From the NCBI RefSeq assembly GCF_030028105.1, contig NC_092388.1:27523684-27587683 (forward strand): 64,000 nt of DNA, written 5' to 3'. Positions 10,942-24,452 of this stretch are shown one piece after another. The stretch's first letter is position 1. Each line of letters begins with the position of its first letter. Under the pieces are notes generated by a model. The model was not told where the DNA came from. It saw only the letters and a program-made list of their open reading frames with translations, and searched no databases. The position numbers and the translations under genes were made by a program. The stretch comes from Mobula birostris (taxonomy: Eukaryota).

Positions 10942-13705
10942 ACGTTCCAAAGAATAAAGACCCAACTTGTTCAACCTTTCTCTGTAACTTAGGTGATGAA
11001 ACCCAGGTAACATTCTTGTAAATCTTCTCTGTACTCTCTCTATTTTGTTCACATCTTTCCTATAATTTGGTGACCAAAACTGTACACAATACTCCAAATT
11101 TGGCCTTGTACAATTTCAACATTACATCCCAACTCCTATACTCAATGCTCTGATTTATAAAAGCCAGCATACCAAAAGCTTTCTATACACCCTATCCACA
11201 TGAGTTTTCACCTTCAGGGAACTATGCACCATTATCCCTAGATCCCTCTGTTCTACTGCATTCTTCAATGCCCTACCATTTACCATGTATATCCTATTTT
11301 GATTAGTCCCACCAAACTGTAGCACCTCACACTTATCAGCATTAAACTCCACCTGCCATCTTTCAGCCCACTCTTCTAATTGGCCTAAATCTCTCTGCAG
11401 GCTTTGGAAGCCTACATCATTATCTACAACTCCACCTATCTTAGTATCATCTGCATACTTACTCATCCAATTTACCACCCCATCATCCAGATCATTAATG
11501 TATGTGACAAATAACATTGGACCCAGTACCCTGGGGCCCTGAGGCACACCACTAGTCACCGGCATCCAATCTGATAAGCAGTTTTCCGCCACCACTCTCT
11601 TGCGTCTCCCATACAGCTACTGCTGAATCCATTTTACTACTTCAATATTAATACCTAACGATTGAACCTTCCTAGCCAACCTTCTGTGTGGGACCTTATC
11701 AAAGGCCTTACTGAAGTCCATATAGACAACATCCACCGCTTTACCCTCGTCAACATTCCTAGTAACCTCTTCAAAAAATTCAATAAGATTTGTCAAACAT
11801 GACCTTCCACGCACAAATCCATGTTGACTGTTCCTAATCGGACCCTGTCTATGCAGATAATTATATATACCATCTCTAAGATTACTTTCCACCAATTTAC
11901 CCACCACTGACGTCAAACTCACAGGCCGATAATTGCTAGGTTTACTCTTAGAACCCTTTTTAAACAATGGAACAACATGAGCAATACCACAATCCTCTGG
12001 CACCATCCCCGTTTCTAATGACATTTTTGAAATATTTCTGTCAGAACCCCTGCTATTTCCACATTAACTTCCCTCAATGTTCTAGGGAATATCCTTTCAG
12101 GAGCCAGAGACTTATCCACTTTTATATTCCTTAAAAGATCCAGTACTACTTCTCTAATCATCATAGTTTCCATAACTTCCATACCAGTTTCCCTTATCTT
12201 ACACAATTCAATATCCTTCTCCTTAGTGAATACCGAAGAAAAGAAATTGTTAAGAACCTCCCCCATCTCTTTTGGCTCCACACATAGCCATCCACTCTGA
12301 TTCTGTAAGGGACCGATTTTATCCCTCACTATCCTTCTGCTATTTATGTAACCATAGAAGCCCTTGGGATTTATTTTCACCTTACTTGCCAAAGCAACCT
12401 CATCTTCTTTTAGCTTTTCTAATTTCTTTCTTAAGATTCTTTTCACATTCTTTATGTTTCTTGAGCACCTCATTTACTCCATGCTGTCTATATTTATTGT
12501 AGATCTCTCTTTTTTACTGAACCAAGTTTCCAATATCCCTTGAAAACCATGGCTCTCTCAAACTCTTAACTTTTCCTTTCAACCTAAAAGGAACATAAAG
12601 ATTCTGTACTCTCAAAATTTCACCTTTAAATGACCTCCATTTCTCTATTACATCCTTCCCATAAAACAAATTGTCCCAATCCATATCTTCTAAATCCTTC
12701 CACATCTCCTCAAAGTTAGCCTTTCTCCAAACAAAAATCTCAACCCTGGGTCCAGATCTATCCTTCTCCATAATTATATTGAAACTAATAGCATTGTGAT
12801 CACTGGACCTGAAGTGCCCCCCAACACAAACCTCCGTCACCTGACCTATCTCATTCCATAACAAGAGATCCAACTCTGCCCCTTCTCTCATTGGTAACTC
12901 TATGTATTGCTGCAAAAAACTATCTTGCACACATTTTATGAACTCCAAACCATCCAGCCCTTTTACAATATGGGCTTCCCAGTCTATGTGTGGAAAATTA
13001 AAATCTCCCACAATCACAACCTTGTGCCTATTACTAATATCTGCTATAACCTTACAAATTTGCTCCTCCAATTCTCGCTCCCCATTTGGTGGTCTATAAT
13101 ACACCCCCATAAGAGTTACTGCCCCATTCCCCTTCCTCAATTCCACCCAAATAGCCTCCCTAGACGAGGCCTCTAATCTATCCTGCCAGAGCACCGCTGT
13201 AATATTTTCTCTGACAAGCAGTGCAACCCCTCCTGCTCTTGTACCTCTGATTTTATCACACCTGAAGCAATTAAATCCAGGAATATTTAGTTGCCAATCA
13301 CACCCCTCCTGTAACCATGTTTCACTAATAGCCACTACATCATACTTCCAGGTATCAATCCATGCTTTAAGCTCATCCACCTTTCTTACAATGCTCCTAG
13401 CATTAAAATAAATGCATTTAAGAAATTTTCCACCTCTTACTCTCCGTTTATCTCTAACTGTGCAAACAATTTTACTATTTTCTTTTTCTTCCGTCTTCCC
13501 TACATGTGTTCCTACACTCTGGTTCCCCTCCCCCCTCGTATCTAGTTTAAATCCACCGGTGCCTCTCTAGCAAACCTACCCGCAAGAATATTTGTCCCCG
13601 TCCAGTTCAGATGTAGACCGTCCCTCCGGAACAGGTCCCACCTTCCCTGGAAAACTGCCCAATTATCTATAAATCTGAAGCCCTCCCTTCTGCACCATGT
13701 CTTCA
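10942..13705 (-). mobile_element. CR1 LINE with ORF1 C-terminus, endonuclease and RT; 3' end missing
   Basis: APE ORF 12514-13380 (ISETW, YYRPP, GDFN, SDH). RT ORFs 11155-12473 (NYRPVSL, QHGF, DFSKAFD, GVPQG, YADD). ORF1 SGNH-esterase end DGLHLNWTGTNILAGRF at ~13543-13625. Confidence 0.92.
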
Positions 13706-13709
13706 GCTG

Positions 13710-13955
13710 TAGTTTTCATAACTACAGCCTAAATAACTCTTCTCAGCAAGTGTTCTCTAAGCTTGGTAGGTTTATTATCCTTCACCATAACAGGAACATG
13801 CTGCCCCAGGACTCTTAAAATCTCACTCTTCAAAACTTCCTCCTTGCCATTGGTTCTTTTTCCCTCAGACAGGCTCTCCCAAACGGCCCTTGCTAGATCC
13901 TGCCTCATTCCCTCAAAAGTAGCCCTGCTCTGGGTTAAAACCTTAATCTGTTATT
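13710..13955 (-). mobile_element. Short CR1 fragment (endonuclease/RT linker)
   Basis: Degenerate F...RQDLA...WEXL...EVLKSEILRVLGQHVP on the minus strand. Confidence 0.55.
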
Positions 13956-14999
13956 CTAATATAGGCCTATTAATTCTATATGACCAAATTAATTATATGA
14001 TTAATTCTATTCCAATTTTTGATGCAATTTAAGTATTTGGTGGATTGGATGCTTTTGAACAGAAATTCATCCTCCACTAAAGCCAATGGACTGAACTTCA
14101 AAAGCAGATTCCACTGGACAACTGCTACTGCATTGCCTATTAACACCTCTGATTGAACACATATTTCTCACAGCCTCTTCTAATTTGAGAACTTTGCAAA
14201 CTGGATGTGTTAATCTATTCTCAATACACAATAATCTTCTATGTTGATGCCATATCAATTTTCATAAAACATTCGAAACTTCATTGTTTTAGATACTGTA
14301 ATAATTGTTGCCATTCAGATGACAATAACACGGAGGCTATTTTGTATGATGTTTGTCAGTACTTAGAGAATACTTACAGTTAATGATAATATTATGAAGC
14401 AACAACATTTTCATCACTGACCTTAAAGGAAGATATGACAAAGGTCTTGTGATATCAGGGTCAAGATTTTCCCCTTTTCCAACATCTATTGCTGTTAGCT
14501 ATTAGCTCAGCATGGTCTCTGATCAAATGAATCCAAGACCCCTGTTGTTCTGACTAAAGATTAGAATGTCCATTATGTTTAGAAGCTGACATATCACAAA
14601 TAAACTTTCAAAAGCAAAACAAATCCTATTTTGAAATATTTATGAAGAAATTACAATTAAACTGGCTCTAAAAGGCTGAGATAGACCTATAAGCAGCAAT
14701 TAAGACCTTGTACAATATAAATAATTCACTTAGACTTCACATAACTAAGCGTTCGATTTCTGTGGTCTTTCCAACATGATTAATTTATAAATACCCAAAA
14801 TGTGCATTAGTTTAATAGATTTCCTTTGAATCTGTTGGAAGGCTGCAAACAGGCAACAAGTGTGACGGGACTGAATTGATGATACCAAACTATATACAGT
14901 AGTTGTGAAGATTGGAAAATTATTGCCAATTTCCTGGACTGATGCACTTTTGTTCCTATGGCAACATATATCTTAAAAGTTCAAAAACTTATTGGACTT

Positions 15000-15072
15000 T
15001 TATTGAGATACAACGTGGGATAGGCCCTTCTGGACCTTTGAGCCACGATGACCAGCCATCTCCCAATTTAGT
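15000..15072 (-). mobile_element. 3' part of a V-SINE split by CR1 insertion
   Basis: TTGAGATACAACGTGGGATAGGCCCTTCTGG... matches ~56578-56645; the rest resumes at 20272. Confidence 0.75.
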
Positions 15073-18000
15073 CACGGCTGCAGAAAAGGAGGAAGACATG
15101 GAGAGATTCTCTACGGAGTCTCTGTGGTGAAGTTTAGGAACAGGAAGGGGTCAATAACTCTACTGGGTGTTTTTTATAGACCACCTAATAGTACAGGGAC
15201 ATTGAGAAGCAGATAGGGAGATAGATTCTGGAAAGGTGTAATAATAACAGCGTTGTCGTGGTGGGAGATAATAATTTCCCAAATATTGATTGGCTTGTCC
15301 CTAGAGTGAGGGGTTTAGATAGGTGGAGTTTGTTAGGTGTGTTCAAGAAGATTTCTTGATGTAATATGTAGATAAGCCTGCAAGAGGAGAGGCTGTACTT
15401 GATCTGGTATTGGGAAATGAACCTGGTCAGGTGTCAGATCTCTCAGTGCAAGAGCATTTTGGAGGTAGTGATCACAATTCTCTCTTTTACCATAGCATTG
15501 GAGAGGGATAGGAACAGATAAGTTAGGAAAGCGTTTAATTGGAGTAAGGGTAAATATGAAGCTATCAGGCAGGAGCTTAGTAGCATAAATAGGGAACAGA
15601 TGTTCTCAGGGAAATGTACGGAAGAAATGTGACAAATGTTCAGGGGATACTTGTGTGGAGTTCTGCATAGGTACGTTCCAATGAGACAGGGAAAGAATGG
15701 TAAGGTACAGGAACCGTGGTGTACAAAGGCTGTTGTAAATCTAGTCAAGAAGAAAAGGAGAGCTTACAAAAGCTTCAAAAAACTAGGTAATGATAGAGAT
15801 CTAGAAGATTACTAGGCTAGCACGAAGGAGCTTAAGAAAGAAATTAGGAGAGCCAGAAGGGGCCATGAGAAGGCCTTGGCGGACAGGATTAAGGAAAACC
15901 CCAAGGTATTCCACCAGTATGTGAAGAGCATGAGGATAAGACGTGAGAGAATAGGACCTATCAAGTGTGACAGTGGAAAAGTGTGTATGGAACTGGAGGA
16001 GATAGCAGAGGTACTTAATGAGTACTTTGCTTCAGTATTCACTACGGAAAAGGACCTTGGCGATTGTAGGGGTGACTTTCAGTGGACTGAAAAGCTTGAG
16101 CATGTAGATATTAAGAAAGAGGATGTGCAGGAGCTTTTGGAAAACACCAAGCTGGATAAGTCACCAGGATCATATGAGATGTATCCCAGGCTACTGTGGG
16201 AGGCAAGGCAGGAGATTGCTGAGGCTCTGGCAATGATCCCTGCTTCATCAGTGGGGAGGGGAGAGGTTCCGCAGAATTGGACGGTGCAGATATTGTTCCT
16301 TTCTTTCTTTCTTTTTCAATCTTTTCATTAAGTTTCAAAATTAAACATAACGATAATAGTAATGATACATAGAGGTCAGGATTGCAATAATAAAAGTTAA
16401 CACGTACAAGCACAAATTCCAAGTAGCAAATGTAGTTTAGCCTCACAATCTCATAGTAATTGACCATGAAAGAGATATTTATAAAGAGAGAAAAAGAAAA
16501 CCCCCTAAACTAAAAAGAAACTAAACTAAAAAAAGCAAACAAAGCTTGGGCTGTCATATTACCTCGGCTAAAATAATTTGTCATTAACTTCGCTCCTCTA
16601 TACATGAACAAACAAAAATTACTACAAAGGATTCAGAAAGGGTCAACTTACATCATACAAAAATATTGAATAAATGGCCTCCAGGTTTCTTCAAACTTAA
16701 CCGAAGGATCCATAGTACCACTCCTAATTTTTTCCAAGTTTAGGCATGTTATCGTTTAGGAAAACCATTGAAATGTATTGGGGGAATTAGAATCTTTCCA
16801 TTTAAATAAAATGGATCTTCTGGCTATTAATGTAACAAATGCAATTAGATGGCAAGCTGACATGGATAAATGACTAGAGTCTATCACTGGTAGTCCAGAA
16901 ATTGCAGTAATAGGATGAGGTTGTAAATCAATACGCAGAAATGCTGAAATAATATCAAAAATATCTTTCCAATATTTTTCTAAAAGAGGACAAGACCAGA
17001 ACATAAGTGTCAAGGAAGCTACCGCAGAATTACACCTATCACAAATAGCATTTATATGGCAATAAAAACGAGCTAACTTATCCTTGGACATATGAGCTCT
17101 GTGAACCACCTTAAATTGTATCAAGGAGTGTCTGGCACACATTGAAGAAGTATTGACTAATTGAAGAATTTTTCCCATTTTTCTGTAGATAGAGATATTT
17201 GAAGTTCTCTTTCCCACTCATACTTAATTTTATCAGATGTACCTACACATAGTTTCATAATCAGATCATAAATAATTGCTATTAAACTCTTCTGAAAGGG
17301 GTTTAAACCTAAAATTTTTTTCTGTAATTTCAACTTGATGTGATATCGCAAAGGTAGATAAAGTAGTGTTCAAAAAGTTTCTAATCTGTAAATATCTGAA
17401 AAAGTGTGATCTAGGCAAATTATACTTATTAGACAACTATTCAAAAGACATAAAACAGTCATCCATGAATTAATCACAAAAACATGTTATTCCCTTTGTT
17501 TTCCATAGAGAAAATGCTTGGTCAATTCTAGACGGTTGAAAGAAAAAAATAGATATGTGTAACAAGACTGGACAGGATAAATTTGTTCAATCCAAAGAAT
17601 TTACAAAATTGAAACCATATTTGTGTTGCATGTTTAATTATTGAATTTATCATTTGTTTATTTAATTTAGCAAGTGCAAAGGGAAGCACAGCTCCTAGAA
17701 TAGAAGCCAGCAAAAAACCCTGTACAGACTCCCACTTGAGGTTCATCCATTGTGGACTTCGAGTTTCATCCAATTCTTGTGTCCAAAACATTAAATATCA
17801 AATGTTAATTGCCCAGTAGTAAAATCTAAGATTTGGCAAAGCCAAACATCTTTTTTTGATTTCTGTAAATATTTCTTGCTTAACCTGGGATTTCTATTCT
17901 GCCATATATATGAAGAAATTTTAGAATCAATAATATCAAAAAAAGATTTAGGGATAAAAATTGATACTGCCTGAAATAGATACAAAAATTTAGGTAAAAT

Positions 18001-20271
18001 AATCATCTTAATAGTATAAATTCGACCAATCAAAGATAAAGACAAAGGGGACCATTTAGTAAACAGTTGTTTAACATGATCGATTAAGGGTAAAAAATTA
18101 ACTTTAAATAGATCCTTGTGCTTCTTAGTAATTTTAACACCCAAATAAGTAAAATAGTCAATAACTAATTTAAATAGTGATTGTCTGTAAATTGGAACTT
18201 GCATATTTAATGGGAAAAGCACACTCTCATTAAGATTTAATTTATAACTGGAAAAACTACTAAACTGAGCAAATGTTATTACTGCAGAGATGGATTTCTC
18301 TGGGTTAGAGATATATAGTAACAGATCTTCTGCATATAGTGATACTTTATGCATCCCATTCCTACGAATAATGCCAAATATATTAGGTGAGTCATGAATA
18401 GCAATTGCCAAAGGATCTAGGGCAATATCAAAAAGTAAGGGACTTAAAGGACAGCCCTGTCTAGTGCCTCGAAAAAGCCTAAAATACGGAGATTTCTGAT
18501 TATTGGTAAATACAGCAGCCGGAGGTGTACGATATATCAATTGAATGCAGGGTATAAATTTTGAGCTGGAATTGAGTTTCTCAAGTATATCAAATAAATA
18601 TTCCCATTCAAGTCTGTCAAATGCCTTCTTGACGTCAAACGAAATAACACATTCTGGGGTTTTAACTGAAGTAGTGTATACAATGCTCCTAACATTAAAA
18701 TGTGAGTAACGATTTTTAATAAATTCTGTCTGATCTTCGGAGATGATTTGTGGTAGTACCTTCTCTATTCTGATTGCTAATATTTTGGAAAAGATTTTAG
18801 AATCCACATTCAACAAAGATATAGGTCTATATCTTGCACATTTAGATGTTGTACCATTATTCAAGAAAGGGAGTAGAGATAGCCCAAGATATTATAGACC
18901 AGTGAGTCTTATTTCAGTGGTCAGTAAGTTGATGGAGAAGATCCTGAGAGGCAGGATTTATGAACATTTGGAGAGGCATAATATGATTAGGAATAGTGAG
19001 CATGGCTTTGTGAAAGGCAGATTGTGCCTTACGAGCCTGATTGAATTTTTTGAGCATGTGACTAAACACATTGATGAAGGTAGAGCAGTAGCTGTAGTGT
19101 ATATGGATTTCAGCAAGGCAAATGACAAGGTACCCCATACAAGGCTTATTGAGAAAGTAAGGAGGCATGGGATCCAAGGGGACATTGCTTCGTGGATCCA
19201 GAACTGGCTTGCCCACAGAAGGCAAAGGGTGGTTGTAGATGGGTCAGATTCTGCATAGTGGTCAGTCACCAGTGGTGTGGCTCAGTGATCTGTTCTGGGA
19301 CACCTACTCTTTGTGATTTTTATAAATGACCTGGATGAATAAGTGGAGGGATGGGTTAGTAAATTTGCTGATGACACAAAGGTTGGAGGTGGTGTGGATA
19401 GTGTGGAGGACTGTCATAGGTTACAGCAGGACATTGATAGGATGCAAAACTGGGCTGAAAAGTGGCAGATGGAGTTCAACCCAGATAAGTGTGAGGTGGT
19501 TCATTTGGGTAGGTCAAATATGATGACAAAATATCGTATTAATGGTAAGACACTTGGCAGTGTGGAGGATCAGAGGGATCTTGGGGTCCAAGTCCATAGG
19601 ACACTCAAAGCTGCTGCGCAGGTTGACTCTGTGATTAAAAAGGCAGACGGTGCATTGGCCTTCATCAACCATGGGACTGAGTTTAGGAGCCGAGTGGTAA
19701 TGTTGCAGCGACGTATTATAGGACCCTGGTCAGACCTCACTTGGAGTACTGTGCTCAGTTCTGGTCGTCTCACTGTAAGAAGGATGTGGGAACCACAGAA
19801 AGTGTGCAGAGGAGATTTACAAGGATGTTGCCTGGTTTGAGGAGCATGCTTTATGAGAATAGATTGAGTGAACTCGGCCTTTTTTCCTTAGAGCGACGGA
19901 GAATGAGAGGTGACCTGACAGAGGTGTATAAGAAGATGAGGGGCATTGATCGTGTGGATAGTCAGAGAATTTTTCCCAGGGCTGAAATAGCTAGCATGAG
20001 CGGGCATAGTTTTAAAGTGTTTGGAAGTTGGTACAGAGGAGATGTCAGGGGTAAATTTTTTACACAGACAGTGGTGAGTGCGTGGAATGGGCTGCCGGCG
20101 ATGGTGGTGGAGGTGGATATGATAGGGTCTTTTAAGAGACTCCTGGACAGGTATATGGAGCTCAGAAAAACAGAGAGCTATGGGTAACCCTAGGTAATTT
20201 CTCAGGTAAGGACATGCTCATCAGAGCTTTGTGGGCCAAAGGGCCTGTATTGTGCTATGGGTTTTCTATGT
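15073..20271 (+). mobile_element. CR1 LINE (EN-RT), 5'-truncated, interrupted by L1 at 16300-18843
   Basis: YRPP/GD/SDH endonuclease remnants at 15100-15500; ORF 15876-16331; RT ORFs 18845-20187 (YRPVSL, DFSKA, KFADD, EYCAQFWS); tail GGTTTTCTATG at ~20260-20270. Confidence 0.92.
16300..18843 (-). mobile_element. 5'-truncated L1-clade LINE inserted into CR1
   Basis: ORF 17791-18864 (YRPISLLNVDSKI, GTRQGCPLSPLLF, LYAED, YLGV) and zinc-finger ORF 16756-17217. (GAAA)n tail at 16300-16315. Degenerate TSD AGATATTGTTCC (16288-16299) / AGATGTTGTACC (18844-18855). Confidence 0.9.
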
Positions 20272-20480
20272 TAATCCTAGCTTAATCATAGGACAATTTA
20301 CAATGACCAATTAACCTACCAACCGGTACATCTTTGGATTGTGGGAGGAAATGGGAGCACTCAGAGGAAACCCACGCAGTCACGGGGAGAACGTACAAAG
20401 ACTTTACAGGCAGCGACAGGAGTTGAACCTGTGGTCACCTGTACTGTAAAGTGTTATGCTAACCACTACGCTACTAGGCC
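20272..20480 (-). mobile_element. 5' part of the split V-SINE (tRNA-like head + V core)
   Basis: V core GAGGAAACCCACGCAGTCACGGGGAGAAC. On the minus strand, B-box-like GGTTCAACTCC and A-box-like TAGCGTAGTGG. Confidence 0.8.
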
Positions 20481-20514
20481 ACTCCATGAAAATAGACAAA
20501 GCAGTGCGGTGATT

Positions 20515-21055
20515 TAATTGTTATGGTGTATGGTGTGGAGGAGGATGGAAGGGCTGGTGTCACGCTTCATCCCCAGCAGCTGCATAATAGAGGACTCTCT
20601 GATCATGGGCCGTTCCCGGGGACGCACACGGAGACAAACATCCGGTGCTGCTGGCAGATATGAACTCAGTGAAAGACGTTCTTTGGTCGGCCCGAAACTT
20701 GATGATCTACCAGCACATGGAGATGTCTGTGGCAGAATGCTGCCGACTGGCACATTGTCGGCTGCAGGAGTATGTGCTGAGGGACGCACTGAAACTTGGT
20801 GCAGCCACCGCAAGGGCCCAGTGGGGAAGGACCATGGTTTAGGGTTCTTCTCCCATGGGAGTAGGAGGGTTGGGTGGCGGGGAGTATACCCCTCAACAAT
20901 GGTGGGTAAAGATGAACCAGCAGAGTGCCACGTGAGTGGCTGGAAGTGTGGAAACGTATAGAATGTAATGGTAATGTCTGTAAGGGATTGAGAGTCATTG
21001 AATGGTTTATTGTAAATAATTTTATTTTGAATAAAGTAAATTTCGGTAAAAATAA
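20515..21055 (+). mobile_element. Tx1/L1-clade LINE 3' fragment
   Basis: C-terminal ORF2-like peptide SRFIPSSC...KDVLWSARNLMIYQ...LQEYVLRDALKLG, then AATAAA and an A-rich end. Confidence 0.65.
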
Positions 21056-21057
21056 TA

Positions 21058-21452
21058 TCAGAATCAGGTTTTTTATCACTGGCGTGTGATGTGACATTTA
21101 TTAACTTAGCAGTAGCAGTTCAATGCAATACATAATCTAGCGGAGAAAAAATAATAAAGTAAAAAAAATAATAGTAATAAATAAACAAGTAAATCAATTA
21201 CGTATATTGAATAGATTTAAAAAACATGCAAAGACGTGTATATTAAAAAAAAGAGAGGTAGTGTCCAATGCTTCAACGTCCATTTAGGCATCGGATGTCA
21301 GTGGGGAAGAAGCCGTTCCTGAATCACTGAGTGTGAGCCTTCAGGTTTTTATACCTCCTACCTGATGGTAACAGTGAGAAAAGGGCATGCCCTGGGTGCT
21401 GGAGGTCCTTAATAATGGACGCTGCCTTTCTGAGACACCGCTCCCTAAAGAT
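21058..21452 (-). mobile_element. Rex1/Babar LINE 3' end
   Basis: Reverse complement of the tail at ~52000-52365 (ATCAGAATCAGGTTT...TTAACTTAGCAGTAGCAG). Confidence 0.8.
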
Positions 21453-22949
21453 CCATGATTAGTCCTTGGGGCACATTATTTAAATGAACTTGAGCTTCCC
21501 ACTTCAGTCCAGCTGCTACAGTCACCCTTTTCTAACAATATGTATCAGATATTTTATTCCAAAGAAGATCCAGGATGAACATAAAATTGAATGTCAGTAG
21601 GGACGTGTTGGGCACAATACAGGAGATCATGAGTGTTCTGAAGTCAAAAGCTCCACCTCTTCTTTTTAACCACATGTGCACTACTAAAATAGCAAATTCT
21701 TGCATTTTGCCATAGTGGCCACTCAAGTGTTGTAGATGCCATAGTTTCTCATTCCTCAGCAACCAATCAGCAATCAGCATAGTAGAAAAGATGCTGTGCA
21801 AATGCCCACTCTAATAACTACCCTTTTCTTGCTGATGGTGTTAAAAAATAAATAAGCTACTTTATTTACAATAATTACAATGCCAATGAGTCATTGGGCT
21901 GAAAACTAAACCTAGGTGTTTGACACAGTGATAAAATAATGTGCTTCTGGAGCTATGCTTGAAGTATTTTATGGAGAAATAGGGAAGTTAGCCAGCTTAT
22001 AACTAAAAATATTATGTAGGTGTGTGATCCCAATTCGCAAGGGATGATATTTATTACAGTTTCCTACCAATCAGTACACATCTTCAAGGTAGCAGATTTA
22101 CTCAATCTATTTTCAATTAAAGGATATGAAAATGTTTTTGTTATTGATGTCCAGTCAGCATCTCCTCGATGTTGATGCTAAATAAAAGCTCTGTGGAGAT
22201 TAAGGTGAATAAGCATGGATGATTTTCATTGTAACGTATTACTCATTCAGTTCAAAAACCACATAGCTCTTAGCAAAAATAAATTGTTAAATGAAAATAA
22301 GTTGCCGATGCATGAACTTGAGTTGACCTATCAGGCCTAAAAAATTAATTCTGATTGCACCAACTGTATGTTTTTCAGTGATACGCATATTAAAACTAGT
22401 TATATCTGAAGTGGAATTTGCTTACGCTGATTTCCAGGTCAAATGTTATCACACCAGAAATTCCACCAGGCAATTCCACTTATGAATCACATTTGGACAG
22501 ATGGTATGTTTTCAGTGTTAAGTGGCACGGAAAGATATAATTGCCCAGAACCAAAAATTGGGTTATGTTATCTTAAGGTGCGAATGCGCTTGTTTTTTTT
22601 CTCAGAACAACTATGGCTTAAAGTGTCATGGAGTCATTAAAAATGCAGCACGGATACAGGCCCTTAGGCCCGACAAGTCCATACCAACCACAATGCCATC
22701 TTAGCTAGTCCCAATTTCTTGTGCTTGGCCCAATTCCTTCCTTGCCCCTTCCCTCCATGTACAGTGCTTATCCAAGAGATTCTTAAGTGATATCATTGTA
22801 CGTGCCTCAGTCACTCCCTCTAGCAGGTCATCCATATACTCACCACCCTCAGGGTCAGAGAGCAATACAGCATGGAAGCAGGACCTTCAGCCCAACTAGT
22901 CGATGCCAACACCCAGCTGGGCCCAATTTCCTGTGATCGGCCCATATCT

Positions 22950-23589
22950 TAGACAGGAGGAGAAGCTGGTGGCACAACGCAGCGCGCACAGCCTCTCCGG
23001 TGAAATGATATTGTATGTGTTAACTAGGGAGCTGTGCACAATTCTGATTTGATGGAGACAGCTGTGAGAAGCACGGAGGAACATCTGGAGAAACAAAATG
23101 CCCAGTTCGCTGCCGCTGCTACTGTGTGATTGAGAATCTCCGGAGGGAAGGCCCCAAAATCCTCGGCTTTGCCTGCTGCTGGCGGCCGGGGCTGGGGTCG
23201 AAGCGCTTGGCAGAGATGGTGCTCGGTGCTCGGTGTCGGAGGGCTGGTCAGAGGCTCGAAGTTTTCGGACGATTCAGCGTCAGACAGTGGTCGGGCATGG
23301 CAGAGAGAGTTTTCTTCCTTCTCCCGTCTACGTGAGATGTGGGACTTTCGAGAGACTTTGAATTTTTTTTACTGTGCCCATGGCCTGTTCTTCATCAAGT
23401 TATGGCATTGCTTGCACTTTTGTAATTATATGTTATAATTATGTGTTTTTTGTCAGTTTTTCAGTCTTGATCTGTCCTGTGTTTCTGTGATATCACACCG
23501 GAGGAATATTGTATCATTTCTTAATGCATGCATTACTAAATGACAATAAAAGAGAACTGTGTGTCCTCATAATCTAATCTAATAATCTA
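22950..23589 (+). mobile_element. Non-autonomous retroposon family X, copy 1
   Basis: Colinear with 34873-35558 and 58729-59365. (AATCT)n tail. TSD ATATCT at 22944-22949 / 23590-23595. Inserted in an old CR1 3' tail. Confidence 0.85.
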
Positions 23590-24452
23590 ATATCTCCCGA
23601 AGCCTTACCCCTCCATGTATCTATACAAGTGCCTCTTAAGTTATGCAATTTTACCTTCTTCAACCACTCCCTCTGAGAATTTATTCCATATGCTCCACCC
23701 ACTATGTTAAAAAGGTGCCCCTCGGGTCCTTGTTAAATCTTTTCTCACTCTAAATCTATGCCCCCATGCTTTGTATTCTTCTACTCTGGAGAAAAGATGG
23801 TTGCCATCCAACTTAGCCAATGTGCTCAGCTGATCCCGGATCCAAAACTGCAAACATTGCTCGGGATCTGATCACTCCAGAACTGAGAACTTTGCTCAGA
23901 ATTTGATCAGTTCTCATTCATAATGCTACTTTTCCTCCTCCACCCTCACCCATTCATCAATATGGTTCCAACCTTCAATCAATCCCACAGAATTTGCCGG
24001 CCCTTCTGCTTACCAGATTCAGCCCCTAGACTTCTCAGCATTCCATGAACAAAACGCTAACTCTCCAATTCTCAAAATTACCCCTAATTCTGTCATACTG
24101 AGACTTGGCCTCCCAAAATTAGACTTGCCACTTTGTCTCCTGCTCCCTGATCTAAACAATACTAGACTATTGAATAAGACCACAATTCAAGCCCTAAGCC
24201 TGCAATCCAGGTCTCAGTTCAAGCATCAACTCTCAAGAAATGGCCTGGGTTACCAACTTACTAGAAGTTTTCCTTCCATCCTTCACAATGGTTCAGCACT
24301 GAAAAGCAAGTATGAAAAAATAATTAGTATTGTTCTTTCCTTGGAGATAAGCACCATTGAATCTTGCTGTGGTTTGTTATTAAAATGGTTATCATTTTGC
24401 AGACAATAATTTATCTCCCCACTCTCTGTAGTGCACACAAATTTCTGGGCTG

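Noticed and set aside
13990-14720. Very old L1-like RT remnant (also possible old LINEs at ~35950-36800 and ~62700-63340)
   Set aside because: Only faint motif echoes; cannot be supported without a profile search.
18743-19258. Overlapping bidirectional RT ORFs as a novel dual-strand gene
   Set aside because: This is the junction of an inverted L1 inside a CR1; the ORFs run across by chance.
20400-20480. tRNA gene
   Set aside because: The A/B-box-like motifs belong to a SINE head joined to a V core; no full cloverleaf is evident.
21490-21830. Possible MITE/DNA transposon with CCAATCAG motifs
   Set aside because: I could not identify terminal inverted repeats or a TSD.
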